Shown here: in pieces, positions 1-11,500 of the stretch
Numbering within the stretch: position 1 is the stretch's first letter
Layout of the letters: the number at the start of each line of letters is the position of its first letter
Assembly: GCA_964016885.1 (NCBI GenBank)
Contig: CAXHJY010001031.1
Coordinates: forward strand, 1 to 56,496
Direction: 5' to 3'
DNA: 56,496 bases
Origin: Eledone cirrhosa
Lineage: Eukaryota
Notes under the pieces: model-generated
Database searches by the model: none
Told to the model about the DNA's origin: nothing
The model's input: the letters and a program-made list of their open reading frames with translations, nothing else
Made by a program: the position numbers and the translations under genes

Positions 1-884
1 TCCCCTTGGACGGCTGGAAATTATCTCCCCTTGGACAGCTGGAAATTATCTGCCCTTGATTTTGTTTTTACAAATTATCTCCCCCTGATTTTTTTTACAA
101 ATTATCTCCACCTGATTTTTTAAAAAATTATCTCCCCTTGGACGGCTGGAAATTATCTCCCCTTGGCTCGAAATTATCTCCCCTTGGACGGCTAGAAATT
201 ATCTCTCTTTGGACGGCTGGAAATTATCTCCCTTTGATTTTTTTTACAAATTATCTCCCCCTGATTTTTTTTACAAATCTCCCCCTGATTTTTTAAAAAA
301 AATTATCTCCCCTTCGCTGGCTGGAAATTATCTCCCCTTGGACACTGGAAATTATAGCCCCTTGGAGGGCTGGAAATTATCTTCCCTTGGACGGCTGGAA
401 ATTATCTCTGCTTGATTTTTTTTACAAATTATCTCCCCCTGATTTTTTTTTACAAATTATCCCCCCCGATTTTTTTTACAAATTATCTCCCCCTGATTTT
501 TTTTACAAATTATCTCCCCTTGGACGGCTGGAAATTATCTCCCCTTGGACGGCTGGAAATTATCTCCCCTTGGACGGCTAGAAATTACCTCTCCTTGGAC
601 AACTGAAAATTATCTCCCCTTGGACGGCTGCAAATAATCTCCCCTTGATTTTTTTTACAAATTATCTCCGCCTGATTTTTTTTACAAATTATCTCCCCCT
701 GATTTTTTTTACAAATTATCTACGCCTAATTTTTTTTACAAATTATCTCCCCCTGATTTTTTTTTACAAATTATCTCCCCCTGATTTTTTTTTACAAATT
801 ATCTCCCCCTGATTTTTTTACAAATTATCTCCCCCCTGATTTTTTTTACAATCTCCGCCTGATTTTTTTAAAAATTATCTTCCC

Positions 885-1067
885 TTGGCTGGCGGGAAAT
901 TATCTCCCCTTGGACGGCTGGAAATTATATCCCCTTGGAAGGATGGAAATTATCTCCCCTTGGACGGCTGGAAATTATCTCCCCTTGGACGGCTGGAAAT
1001 TATCTCCCCTTGGACAGCTGGAAATTATCTGCACTTGATTTTGTTTTTACAAATTATCTCCCCCTGA
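885..1067 (+). repeat. Landmark module (GGCTGGCGGG...ATATCC[C/T]CTTGGAAGGATGG...GGACAGCTGG...GATTTTGTTTTT), about 20 copies in the window
   Basis: Starts at 885, 4557, 9008, 12680, 16871, 19195, 20202, 23745, 25225, 29385, 31377, 33038, 36481, 39336, 41238, 44646, 46635, 50041, 54020 and ~56402. The window also begins inside a copy. Confidence 0.92.
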
Positions 1068-2082
1068 TTTTTTTTACAAATTATCTCCACCTGATTTTTT
1101 AAAAAATTATCTCCCCTAGGACGGCTGGAAATTATCTCCCCTTGATTTTTTTACAAATTATCTCCCCCTGATTTTTTTTACAAATTATCTCCCCCTGATT
1201 TTTTTTTTACAAATTATCTCCCCCTGATTTTTTTACAAATTATCTCCCCCTGATTTTTTTTACAAATTATCTCCGCCTGATTTTTTTAAATATTATCTTC
1301 CCTTGGCTGGCGGGAAATTATCTCCCCTTGGACGGCTGAAAATTATCTCCCCTTGGACGGCTGGAAATTATCTCCCCTTGATTTTTTTTACAAATTATCT
1401 CCCCCTGATTTTTTTTTACAAATTATCTCCCCCTGATTTTTTTTTACAAATTATCTGCCCCTGATTTTTTTTACAAATTATCTCCCCCTGATTTTTTTAC
1501 AAATTATCTCCCCTTGGCTGGCTGGAAATTATCTCCCCTTGGAGGCTGGAATTTATCTCCCCTTGGACGGCTAGAAATTACCTCTCCTTGGACGGCTGGA
1601 AAATATTTCTCCTTGGACGGCTGGATATTATCTACCCTTGGACGGGTGGAAATTATCTCCCCTTGGACGGCTGGAAATTATCTCCCCTTCGACGGCTAGA
1701 TATTACCTCCCCTTGGACGGCTGGAAATTATCTCCCCTTGATTTTTTTTTACAAATTATCTCCCCCTGATTTTTTTTACAAATTATCTCCACCTGATTTT
1801 TTTACAAATTATCTCCCCCTGATTTTTTTTACAAATTATCTCCGCCTAATTTTTTTAAATATTATCTTCCCTTGGCTGGCGGGAAATTATCTCCCCTTGG
1901 ACGGCTGAAAATTATCTCCCCTTGGACGGCTGGAAATTATCTCCCCTTGATTTTTTTTACAAATTATCTCCCCCTGATTATTTTTTACAAATTATCTTTC
2001 CCTGATTTTTTTTTACAAATTATCTCCCCCTGATTTTTTTTACAAATTATCTCCCCCTGATTTTTTTACAAATTATCTCCCC

Positions 2083-2406
2083 TTGGCTGGCTGGAAATTA
2101 TCTCCCCTTGGAGGCTGGAATTTATCTCCCCTTGGACGGCTGGAAATTATCTCTCCTTGGACGGCTAGAAATTACCTCTCCTTGGACGGCTGGAAAATAT
2201 GTCTCGTTGGACGGCTGGAAATTATCTCCCCTTGGACGGCTGGAAATTATCTCCCCTTGGACGGCTGGAAATTATCTCTCCTTGGACGGCTAGAAATTAC
2301 CTCTCCTTGGACGGCTGAAAATTATCTCTCCTTGGACGGCTGGAAATTATCTCCCCTTGGACGGCTAGATATTACCTCCCCTTGGACGTCTGGAAATTAT
2401 CTCCCC
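2083..2406 (+). repeat. Representative long run of monomer A (13 units, consensus GGACGGCTGGAAATTATCTCCCCTT)
   Basis: 324 bp = 12 x 25 bp plus one 24-bp variant (GGAGGCTGGAATTT). The same run recurs at 10206 and 21190, with shorter versions at 5872, 7265, 22575, 34566, 37768, 47923, 51355 and 52565. Confidence 0.95.
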
Positions 2407-5400
2407 TTGATTTTTTTTACAAATTATCTCCCCCTGATTTTTTTTACAAATTATCTCCACCTGATTTTTTTACAAATTATCTCCCCCTGATTTTTTTTAC
2501 AAATTATCTCCGCCTAATTTTTTTAAATATTATCTTCCCTTGGCTGGCGGGAAATTATCTCCCCTTGGACGGCTGAAAATTATCTCCCCTTGGACGGCTG
2601 GAAATTATCTCCCCTTGATTTTTTTTACAAATTATCTCCCCCTGATTTTTTTTTACAAATTATCTCCCCCTGATTTTTTTTTACAAATTATCTCCCCCTG
2701 ATTTTTTTTACAAATTATCTCCCCTTGGCTGGCTGGAAATTATCTCCCCTTGGAGGCTGGAATTTATCTCCCCTTGGACGGCTAGAAATTACCTCTCCTT
2801 GGACGGCTGGAAAATATGTCCTTGGACGGCTGGATATTATCTACCCTTGGACGGCCGGAAATTATCTCCCCTTGGACGGCTGGAAATTATCTCCCCTTGG
2901 ACGGCTAGATATTACCTCCCCTTGGACGGCTGGAAATTATCTCCCCTTGATTTTTTTACAAATTATCTCCCCCTGATTTTTTTACAAATCTCCTAATGAT
3001 TTTTTAAAAAAAATTATCTCCCCTTCGCTGGCTGGAAATTATCTCCCCTTGGACGCTGGAAATTATAGCCCCTTGGAGGGCTGGAAATTATCTTCCCTTG
3101 GACGGCTGGAAATTATCTCCCCTTGATTTTTTTTACAAATTATCTACCCCTGATTTTTTTACAAATTATCTCCCCCTGATTTTTTTACAAATTATCTCCC
3201 CCTGATTTTTTTTTACAAATTATCTCCGCCTAATTTTTTTAAATATTATCTTCCCTTGGCTGGCGGGAAATTATCTCCCCTTGGACGGCTGAAAATTATC
3301 TCCCCTTGGACGGCTGGAAATTATATCCCCTTGATTTTTTTTACAAATTATCTCCCCCTGATTATTTTTTACAAATTATCTTTCCCTGATTTTTTTTTAC
3401 AAATTATCTCCCCCTGATTTTTTTACAAATTATCTCCCCTTGGCTGGCTGGAAATTATCTCCCCTTGGAGGCTGGAATTTATCTCCCCTTGTACGGCTAG
3501 AAATTACCTCTCCTTGGACGGCTGGAAAATATGTCTCCTTGGACGGCTGGAAATTATCTCCCCTTGGACGGCTGGAAATTATCTCCCCTTGGACGGCTGG
3601 AAATTATCTCTCCTCGGACGGCTAGAAATTACCTCTCCTTGGACGGCTGAAAATTATCTCCCCTTGGACGGCTGGAAATTATCTCCCCTTGATTTTTTTT
3701 ACAAATTATCTCCCCCTGATTTTTTTTTACAAATTATCTCCCCCTGATTTTTTTTACAAATTATCTCCCCCTGATATTTTTTACAAATTATCTCCCCTTG
3801 GCTGGCTGGAAATTATCTCCCCTTGGAGGCTGGAATTTATCTCCCCTTGGACGGCTAGAAATTACCTCGCCTTGGACGGCTGGATAATATGTCTCCTTGG
3901 ACGGCTGGAAATTATCTCCCCTTGGACGGCTGGAAATTATCTCCCCTTGGACGGCTGGAAATTATCTCCCCTTGGACGGCTAGATATTACCTCCCCTTGG
4001 ACGGCTGGAAAGTATCTCCCCTTGATTTTTTTTTACAAATTATCTCCCCCTGATTTTTTTTTACAAATTATCTCCCCCTGATTTTTTTTTACGAATTATC
4101 TCCCCCTGATTTTTTTTTACAAATTATCTCCGCCTGATTTTTTTTTTAAAATTATCTCCCCTTGGACGGCTGGAAATTATCTCCCCTTGGACGGCTGGAA
4201 ATTATCTCCCCTTGGACGGCTAGAAATTACCTCTCCTTGGACGGCTGAAAATTATCTCCCCTTGGACGGCTGCAAATTATCTCCCCTTGATTTTTTTAAC
4301 AAATTATCTCCCCCTGATTTTTTCTTACAAATTATCTCCCCCTGATTTTTTTTTACAAATTATCTACGCCTAATTTTTTTTACAAATTATCTCCTCCTGA
4401 TTTTTTTTTACAAATTATCTCCCCCTGATTTTTTTTTACAAATTATCTCCCCCTGATTTTTTTTTACAAATTATCTCCCCCTGATTTTTTTACAAATTAT
4501 GTCCCCCCTGATATTTATTACAATCTCCGCCTGATTTTTTTAAAAATTATCTTCCCTTGGCTGGCGGGAAATTATCTCCCCTTGGACGGCTGGAAATTAT
4601 ATCCCCTTGGAAGGATGGAAATTATCTCCCCTTGGACGGCTGGAAATTATCTCCCCTTGGACGGCTGGAAATTATCTCCCCTTGGACAGCTGGAAATTAT
4701 CTGCCCTTGATTTTGTTTTTACAAATTATCTCCCCCTGATTTTTTTTACAAATTTTCTCCACCTGATTTTTTAAAAAATTATCTTCCCTTGGACGGCTGG
4801 AAATTATCTCCCCTTGGCTCGAAATTATCTCCCCTTGGACGGCTAGAAATTATCTCTCTTTGGACGGCTGGAAATTATCTCCCTTTGATTTTTTTTACAA
4901 ATTATCTCCCCCTGATTTTTTTTACAAATCTCCCCCTGATTTTTTAAAAAAAATTATCTCCCCTTCGCTGGCTGGAAATTATCTCCCCTTGGACACTGGA
5001 AATTATAGCCCCTTGGAGGGCTGGAAATTATCTTCCCTTGGACGGCTGGAAATTATCTCTGCTTGATTTTTTTTACAAATTATCTCCCCCTGATTTTTTT
5101 TTACAAATTATCCCCCCCGATTTTTTTTTACAAATTATCTCCCCCTGATTTTTTTTACAAATTATCTCCCCTTGGACGGCTGGAAATTATCTCCCCTTGG
5201 ACGGCTGGAAATTATCTCCCCTTGGACGGCTAGAAATTACCTCTCCTTGGACAACTGATAATTATCTCCCCTTGGACGGCTGCAAATTATCTCCCCTTGA
5301 TTTTTTTTACAAATTATCTCCGCCTGATTTTTTTTTAAAAATTATCTCCCCTTGGACGGCTAGAAATTACCTCTCCTTGGACGGCTGGAAAATATTTCTC

Positions 5401-8400
5401 CTTGGACGGCTGGATATTATCTACCCTTGGACGGGTGGAAATTATCTCCCCTTGGACGGCTGGAAATTATCTCCCCTTGGACGGCTAGATATTACCTCCC
5501 CTTGGACGGCTGGAAATTATCTCCCCTTGATTTTTTTTACAAATTATCTCCCCCTGATTTTTTTTACAAATTATCTCCACCTGATTTTTTTACAAATTAT
5601 CTCCCCCTGATTTTTTTTACAAATTATCTCCGCCTAATTTTTTTAAATATTATCTTCCCTTGGCTGGCGGGAAATTATCTCCCCTTGGACGGCTGAAAAT
5701 TATCTCCCCTTGGACGGCTGGAAATTATCTCCCCTTGATTTTTTTTACAAATTATCTCCCCCTGATTATTTTTTACAAATTATCTTTCCCTGATTTTTTT
5801 TTTAAAAATTATCTACCCCTGATTTTTTTTACAAATTATCTCCCCCTGATTTTTTTACAAATTATCTCCCCTTGGCTGGCTGGAAATTATCTCCCCTTGG
5901 AGGCTGGAATTTATCTCCCCTTGGACGGCTGGAAATTATCTCTCCTTGGACGGCTAGAAATTACCTCTCCTTGGACGGCTGGAAAATATGTCTCGTTGGA
6001 CGGCTGGAAATTATCTCCCCTTGGACGGCTGGAAATTATCTCCCCTTGGACGGCTAGAAATTACCTCTCCTTGGACGGCTGAAAATTATCTCTCCTTGGA
6101 CGGCTGGAAATTATCTCCCCTTGATTTTTTTTACAAATTATCTCCCCCTGATTTTTTTTACAAATTATCTCCACCTGATTTTTTTACAAATTATCACCCC
6201 CTGATTTTTTTTACAAATTATCTCCGCCTAATTTTTTTAAATATTATCTTCCCTTGGCTGGCGGGAAATTATCTCCCCTTGGACGGCTGAAAATTATCTC
6301 CCCTTGGAGGGCTGGAAATTATCTCCCCTTGATTTTTTTTACAAATTATCTCCCCCTGATTTTTTTTTACAAATTATCTCCCCCTGATTTTTTTTTACAA
6401 ATTATCTCCCCCTGATTTTTTTTTACAAATTATCTCCCCTTGGCTGGCTGGAAACTATCTCCCCTTGGAGGCTGGAATTTATCTCCCCTTGGACGGCTAG
6501 AAATTACCTCTCCTTGGACGGCTGGAAAATATGTCCTTGGACGGCTGGATATTATCTACCCTTGGACGGCTGGAAATTATCTCCCCTTGGACGGCTGGAA
6601 ATTATCTCCCCTTGGACGGCTAGATATTACCTCCCCTTGGACGGCTGGAAATTATCTCCCCTTGATTTTTTTTACAAATTATCTCCCCCTGATGTTTTTT
6701 ACAAATGTCCTAATGATTTTTAAAAAAAAATTATCTCCCCTTCGCTGGCTGGAAATTATCTCCCCTTGGACGCTGGAAATTATAGCCCCTTGGAGGGCTG
6801 GAAATTATCTTCCCTTGGACGGCTGGAAATTATCTCCCCTTGATTTTTTTTACAAATTATCTACCCCTGATTTTTTTACAAATTATCTCCCCCTGATTTT
6901 TTTACAAATTATCTCCCCCTGATTTTTTTTACAAATTATCTCCGCCTAATTTTTTTAAATATTATCTTCCCTTGGCAGGCGGGAAATTATCTCCCCTTGG
7001 ACGGCTGAAAATTATCTCCCCTTGGACGGCTGGAAATTATCTCCCCTTGATTTTTTTACAAATTATCTCCCCCTGATTATTTTTTACAAATTATCTCCCC
7101 CTGATTTTTTTTTACAAATTATCTCCCCTTGATTTTTTTTACAAATTATCTCCCCCTGATTATTTTTTACAAATTATCTTTCCCTGATTTTTTTTTACAA
7201 ATTATCTCCCCCTGATTTTTTTTAAAAATTATCTCCCCCAGATTTTTTTACAAATTATCTCCCCTTGGCTGGCTGGAAATTATCTCCCCTTGGAGGCTGG
7301 AATTTATCTCCCCTTGGACGGCTGGAAATTATCTCTCCTTGGACGGCTAGAAATTACCTCTCCTTGGACGGCTGGAAAATATGTCTCGTTGGACGGCTGG
7401 AAATTATCTCCCCTTGGACGGCTGGAAATTATCTCCCCTTGGACGGCTGGAAATTATCTCTCCTTGGACGGCTAGAAATTACCTCTCCTTGGACGGCTGA
7501 AAATTATCTCTCCTTGGACGGCTGGAAATTATCTCCCCTTGATTTTTGTTACAAATTATCTCTCCCTGATTTTTTTGTACAAATTATCTCCCCCTGATTT
7601 TTTTTTACAAATTATCTCCCCCTGATTTTTTTTTACAAATTATCTCCCCCTGATTTTTATTTACAAATTATCTCCCCCTGATATTTTTTACAAATTATCT
7701 CCCCCTGATTTTTTTACAAATTATCTCCCCTTGGCTGGCTGGAAATTATCTCCCCTTGGAGGCTGGAATTTATCTCCCCTTGGACGGCTAGAAATTACCT
7801 CTCCTTGGACGGCTGAAAATTATCTCCCCTTGGACGGCTGGAAATTATCTCCCCTTGATTTTTTTTACAAATTATCTCCCCCTGATTTTTTTTTACAAAT
7901 TATCTCCCCCTGATTTTTATTTACAAATTATCTCCCCCTGATATTTTTTACAAATTATCTCCCCCTGATTTTTTTACAAATTATCTCCCCTTGGCTGGCT
8001 GGAAATTATCTCCCCTTGGAGGCTGGAATTTATCTCCCCTTGGACGGCTAGAAATTACCTCGCCTTGGACTGCTGGATAATATGTCTCCTTGGACGGCTG
8101 GAAATTATCTCCCCTTGGACGGCTGGAAATTATCTCCCCTTCGACGGCTGGAAATTATCTCCCCTTGGACGGCTAGATATTACCACCCTTGGACGGCTGG
8201 AAATTATCTCCCCTTGATTTTTTTTTACAAATTATCTCCCCCTGATTTTTTTTTACAAATTATCTCCCCCTGATTTTTTTTTACGAATTATCTCCCCCTG
8301 ATTTTTTTTACAAATTATCTCCGCCTGATTTTTTTTTTAAAATTATCTCCCCTTGGACGGCTGGAAATTATCTCCCCTTGGACGGCTGGAAATTATCTCC

Positions 8401-8592
8401 CCTTGGACGGCTAGAAATTACCTCTCCTTGGACGGCTGAAAATTATCTCCCCTTGGACGGCTGCAAATTATCTCCCCTTGATTTTTTTAACAAATTATCT
8501 CCCCCTGATTTTTTCTTACAAATTATCTCCCCCTGATTTTTTTTTACAAATTATCTACGCCTAATTTTTTTTACAAATTATCTCCCCCTGAT

Positions 8593-11500
8593 TTTTTTTT
8601 ACAAATTATCTCCCCCTGATTTTTTTTACAAATTATCTCCCCTTGGACGGCTGGAAATTATCTCCCCTTGGACGGCTGGAAATTATCTCCCCTTGGACGG
8701 CTAGAAATTACCTCTCCTTGGACAACTGAAAATTATCTCCCCTTGGACGGCTGCAAATAATCTCCCCTTGATTTTTTTTACAAATTATCTCCGCCTGATT
8801 TTTTTTACAAATTATCTCCCCCTGATTTTTTTTACAAATTATCTACGCCTAATTTTTTTTACAAATTATCTCCCCCTGATTTTTTTTTACAAATTATCTC
8901 CCCCTGATTTTTTTTTACAAATTATCTCCCCCTGATTTTTTTACAAATTATCTCCCCCCTGATTTTTTTTACAATCTCCGCCTGATTTTTTTAAAAATTA
9001 TCTTCCCTTGGCTGGCGGGAAATTATCTCCCCTTGGACGGCTGGAAATTATATCCCCTTGGAAGGATGGAAATTATCTCCCCTTGGACGGCTGGAAATTA
9101 TCTCCCCTTGGACGGCTGGAAATTATCTCCCCTTGGACAGCTGGAAATTATCTGCACTTGATTTTGTTTTTACAAATTATCTCCCCCTGATTTTTTTTAC
9201 AAATTATCTCCACCTGATTTTTTAAAAAATTATCTCCCCTAGGACGGCTGGAAATTATCTCCCCTTGATTTTTTTACAAATTATCTCCCCCTGATTTTTT
9301 TTACAAATTATCTCCCCCTGATTTTTTTTTTACAAATTATCTCCCCCTGATTTTTTTACAAATTATCTCCCCCTGATTTTTTTTACAAATTATCTCCGCC
9401 TGATTTTTTTAAATATTATCTTCCCTTGGCTGGCGGGAAATTATCTCCCCTTGGACGGCTGAAAATTATCTCCCCTTGGACGGCTGGAAATTATCTCCCC
9501 TTGATTTTTTTTACAAATTATCTCCCCCTGATTTTTTTTTACAAATTATCTCCCCCTGATTTTTTTTTACAAATTATCTGCCCCTGATTTTTTTTACAAA
9601 TTATCTCCCCCTGATTTTTTTACAAATTATCTCCCCTTGGCTGGCTGGAAATTATCTCCCCTTGGAGGCTGGAATTTATCTCCCCTTGGACGGCTAGAAA
9701 TTACCTCTCCTTGGACGGCTGGAAAATATTTCTCCTTGGACGGCTGGATATTATCTACCCTTGGACGGGTGGAAATTATCTCCCCTTGGACGGCTGGAAA
9801 TTATCTCCCCTTCGACGGCTAGATATTACCTCCCCTTGGACGGCTGGAAATTATCTCCCCTTGATTTTTTTTTACAAATTATCTCCCCCTGATTTTTTTT
9901 ACAAATTATCTCCACCTGATTTTTTTACAAATTATCTCCCCCTGATTTTTTTTACAAATTATCTCCGCCTAATTTTTTTAAATATTATCTTCCCTTGGCT
10001 GGCGGGAAATTATCTCCCCTTGGACGGCTGAAAATTATCTCCCCTTGGACGGCTGGAAATTATCTCCCCTTGATTTTTTTTACAAATTATCTCCCCCTGA
10101 TTATTTTTTACAAATTATCTTTCCCTGATTTTTTTTTACAAATTATCTCCCCCTGATTTTTTTTACAAATTATCTCCCCCTGATTTTTTTACAAATTATC
10201 TCCCCTTGGCTGGCTGGAAATTATCTCCCCTTGGAGGCTGGAATTTATCTCCCCTTGGACGGCTGGAAATTATCTCTCCTTGGACGGCTAGAAATTACCT
10301 CTCCTTGGACGGCTGGAAAATATGTCTCGTTGGACGGCTGGAAATTATCTCCCCTTGGACGGCTGGAAATTATCTCCCCTTGGACGGCTGGAAATTATCT
10401 CTCCTTGGACGGCTAGAAATTACCTCTCCTTGGACGGCTGAAAATTATCTCTCCTTGGACGGCTGGAAATTATCTCCCCTTGGACGGCTAGATATTACCT
10501 CCCCTTGGACGTCTGGAAATTATCTCCCCTTGATTTTTTTTACAAATTATCTCCCCCTGATTTTTTTTACAAATTATCTCCACCTGATTTTTTTACAAAT
10601 TATCTCCCCCTGATTTTTTTTACAAATTATCTCCGCCTAATTTTTTTAAATATTATCTTCCCTTGGCTGGCGGGAAATTATCTCCCCTTGGACGGCTGAA
10701 AATTATCTCCCCTTGGACGGCTGGAAATTATCTCCCCTTGATTTTTTTTACAAATTATCTCCCCCTGATTTTTTTTTACAAATTATCTCCCCCTGATTTT
10801 TTTTTACAAATTATCTCCCCCTGATTTTTTTTACAAATTATCTCCCCTTGGCTGGCTGGAAATTATCTCCCCTTGGAGGCTGGAATTTATCTCCCCTTGG
10901 ACGGCTAGAAATTACCTCTCCTTGGACGGCTGGAAAATATGTCCTTGGACGGCTGGATATTATCTACCCTTGGACGGCCGGAAATTATCTCCCCTTGGAC
11001 GGCTGGAAATTATCTCCCCTTGGACGGCTAGATATTACCTCCCCTTGGACGGCTGGAAATTATCTCCCCTTGATTTTTTTACAAATTATCTCCCCCTGAT
11101 TTTTTTACAAATCTCCTAATGATTTTTTAAAAAAAATTATCTCCCCTTCGCTGGCTGGAAATTATCTCCCCTTGGACGCTGGAAATTATAGCCCCTTGGA
11201 GGGCTGGAAATTATCTTCCCTTGGACGGCTGGAAATTATCTCCCCTTGATTTTTTTTACAAATTATCTACCCCTGATTTTTTTACAAATTATCTCCCCCT
11301 GATTTTTTTACAAATTATCTCCCCCTGATTTTTTTTTACAAATTATCTCCGCCTAATTTTTTTAAATATTATCTTCCCTTGGCTGGCGGGAAATTATCTC
11401 CCCTTGGACGGCTGAAAATTATCTCCCCTTGGACGGCTGGAAATTATATCCCCTTGATTTTTTTTACAAATTATCTCCCCCTGATTATTTTTTACAAATT

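Larger units (their letters stand above)
470..8592 (+). repeat. 8,123-bp higher-order tandem duplication, copy 1
   Basis: ORF-track entries from 885 to 8082 recur at exactly +8123 (885/9008, 4557/12680, 8082/16205). Rare variants are shared: CCTAGG 1115/9238, GACGTC 2385/10508, CGGCCG 2852/10975. Confidence 0.95.

Noticed and set aside
646-880. Intrinsic or Pol III terminators at T-tracts
   Set aside because: No GC-rich hairpin precedes the tracts and there is no upstream transcription unit. They are part of monomer B.
500-900. G-quadruplex or i-motif from C4-5 tracts
   Set aside because: Tracts are separated by ~21-23 nt, far beyond typical loop lengths, and the + strand GG doublets could give only weak two-tier structures.
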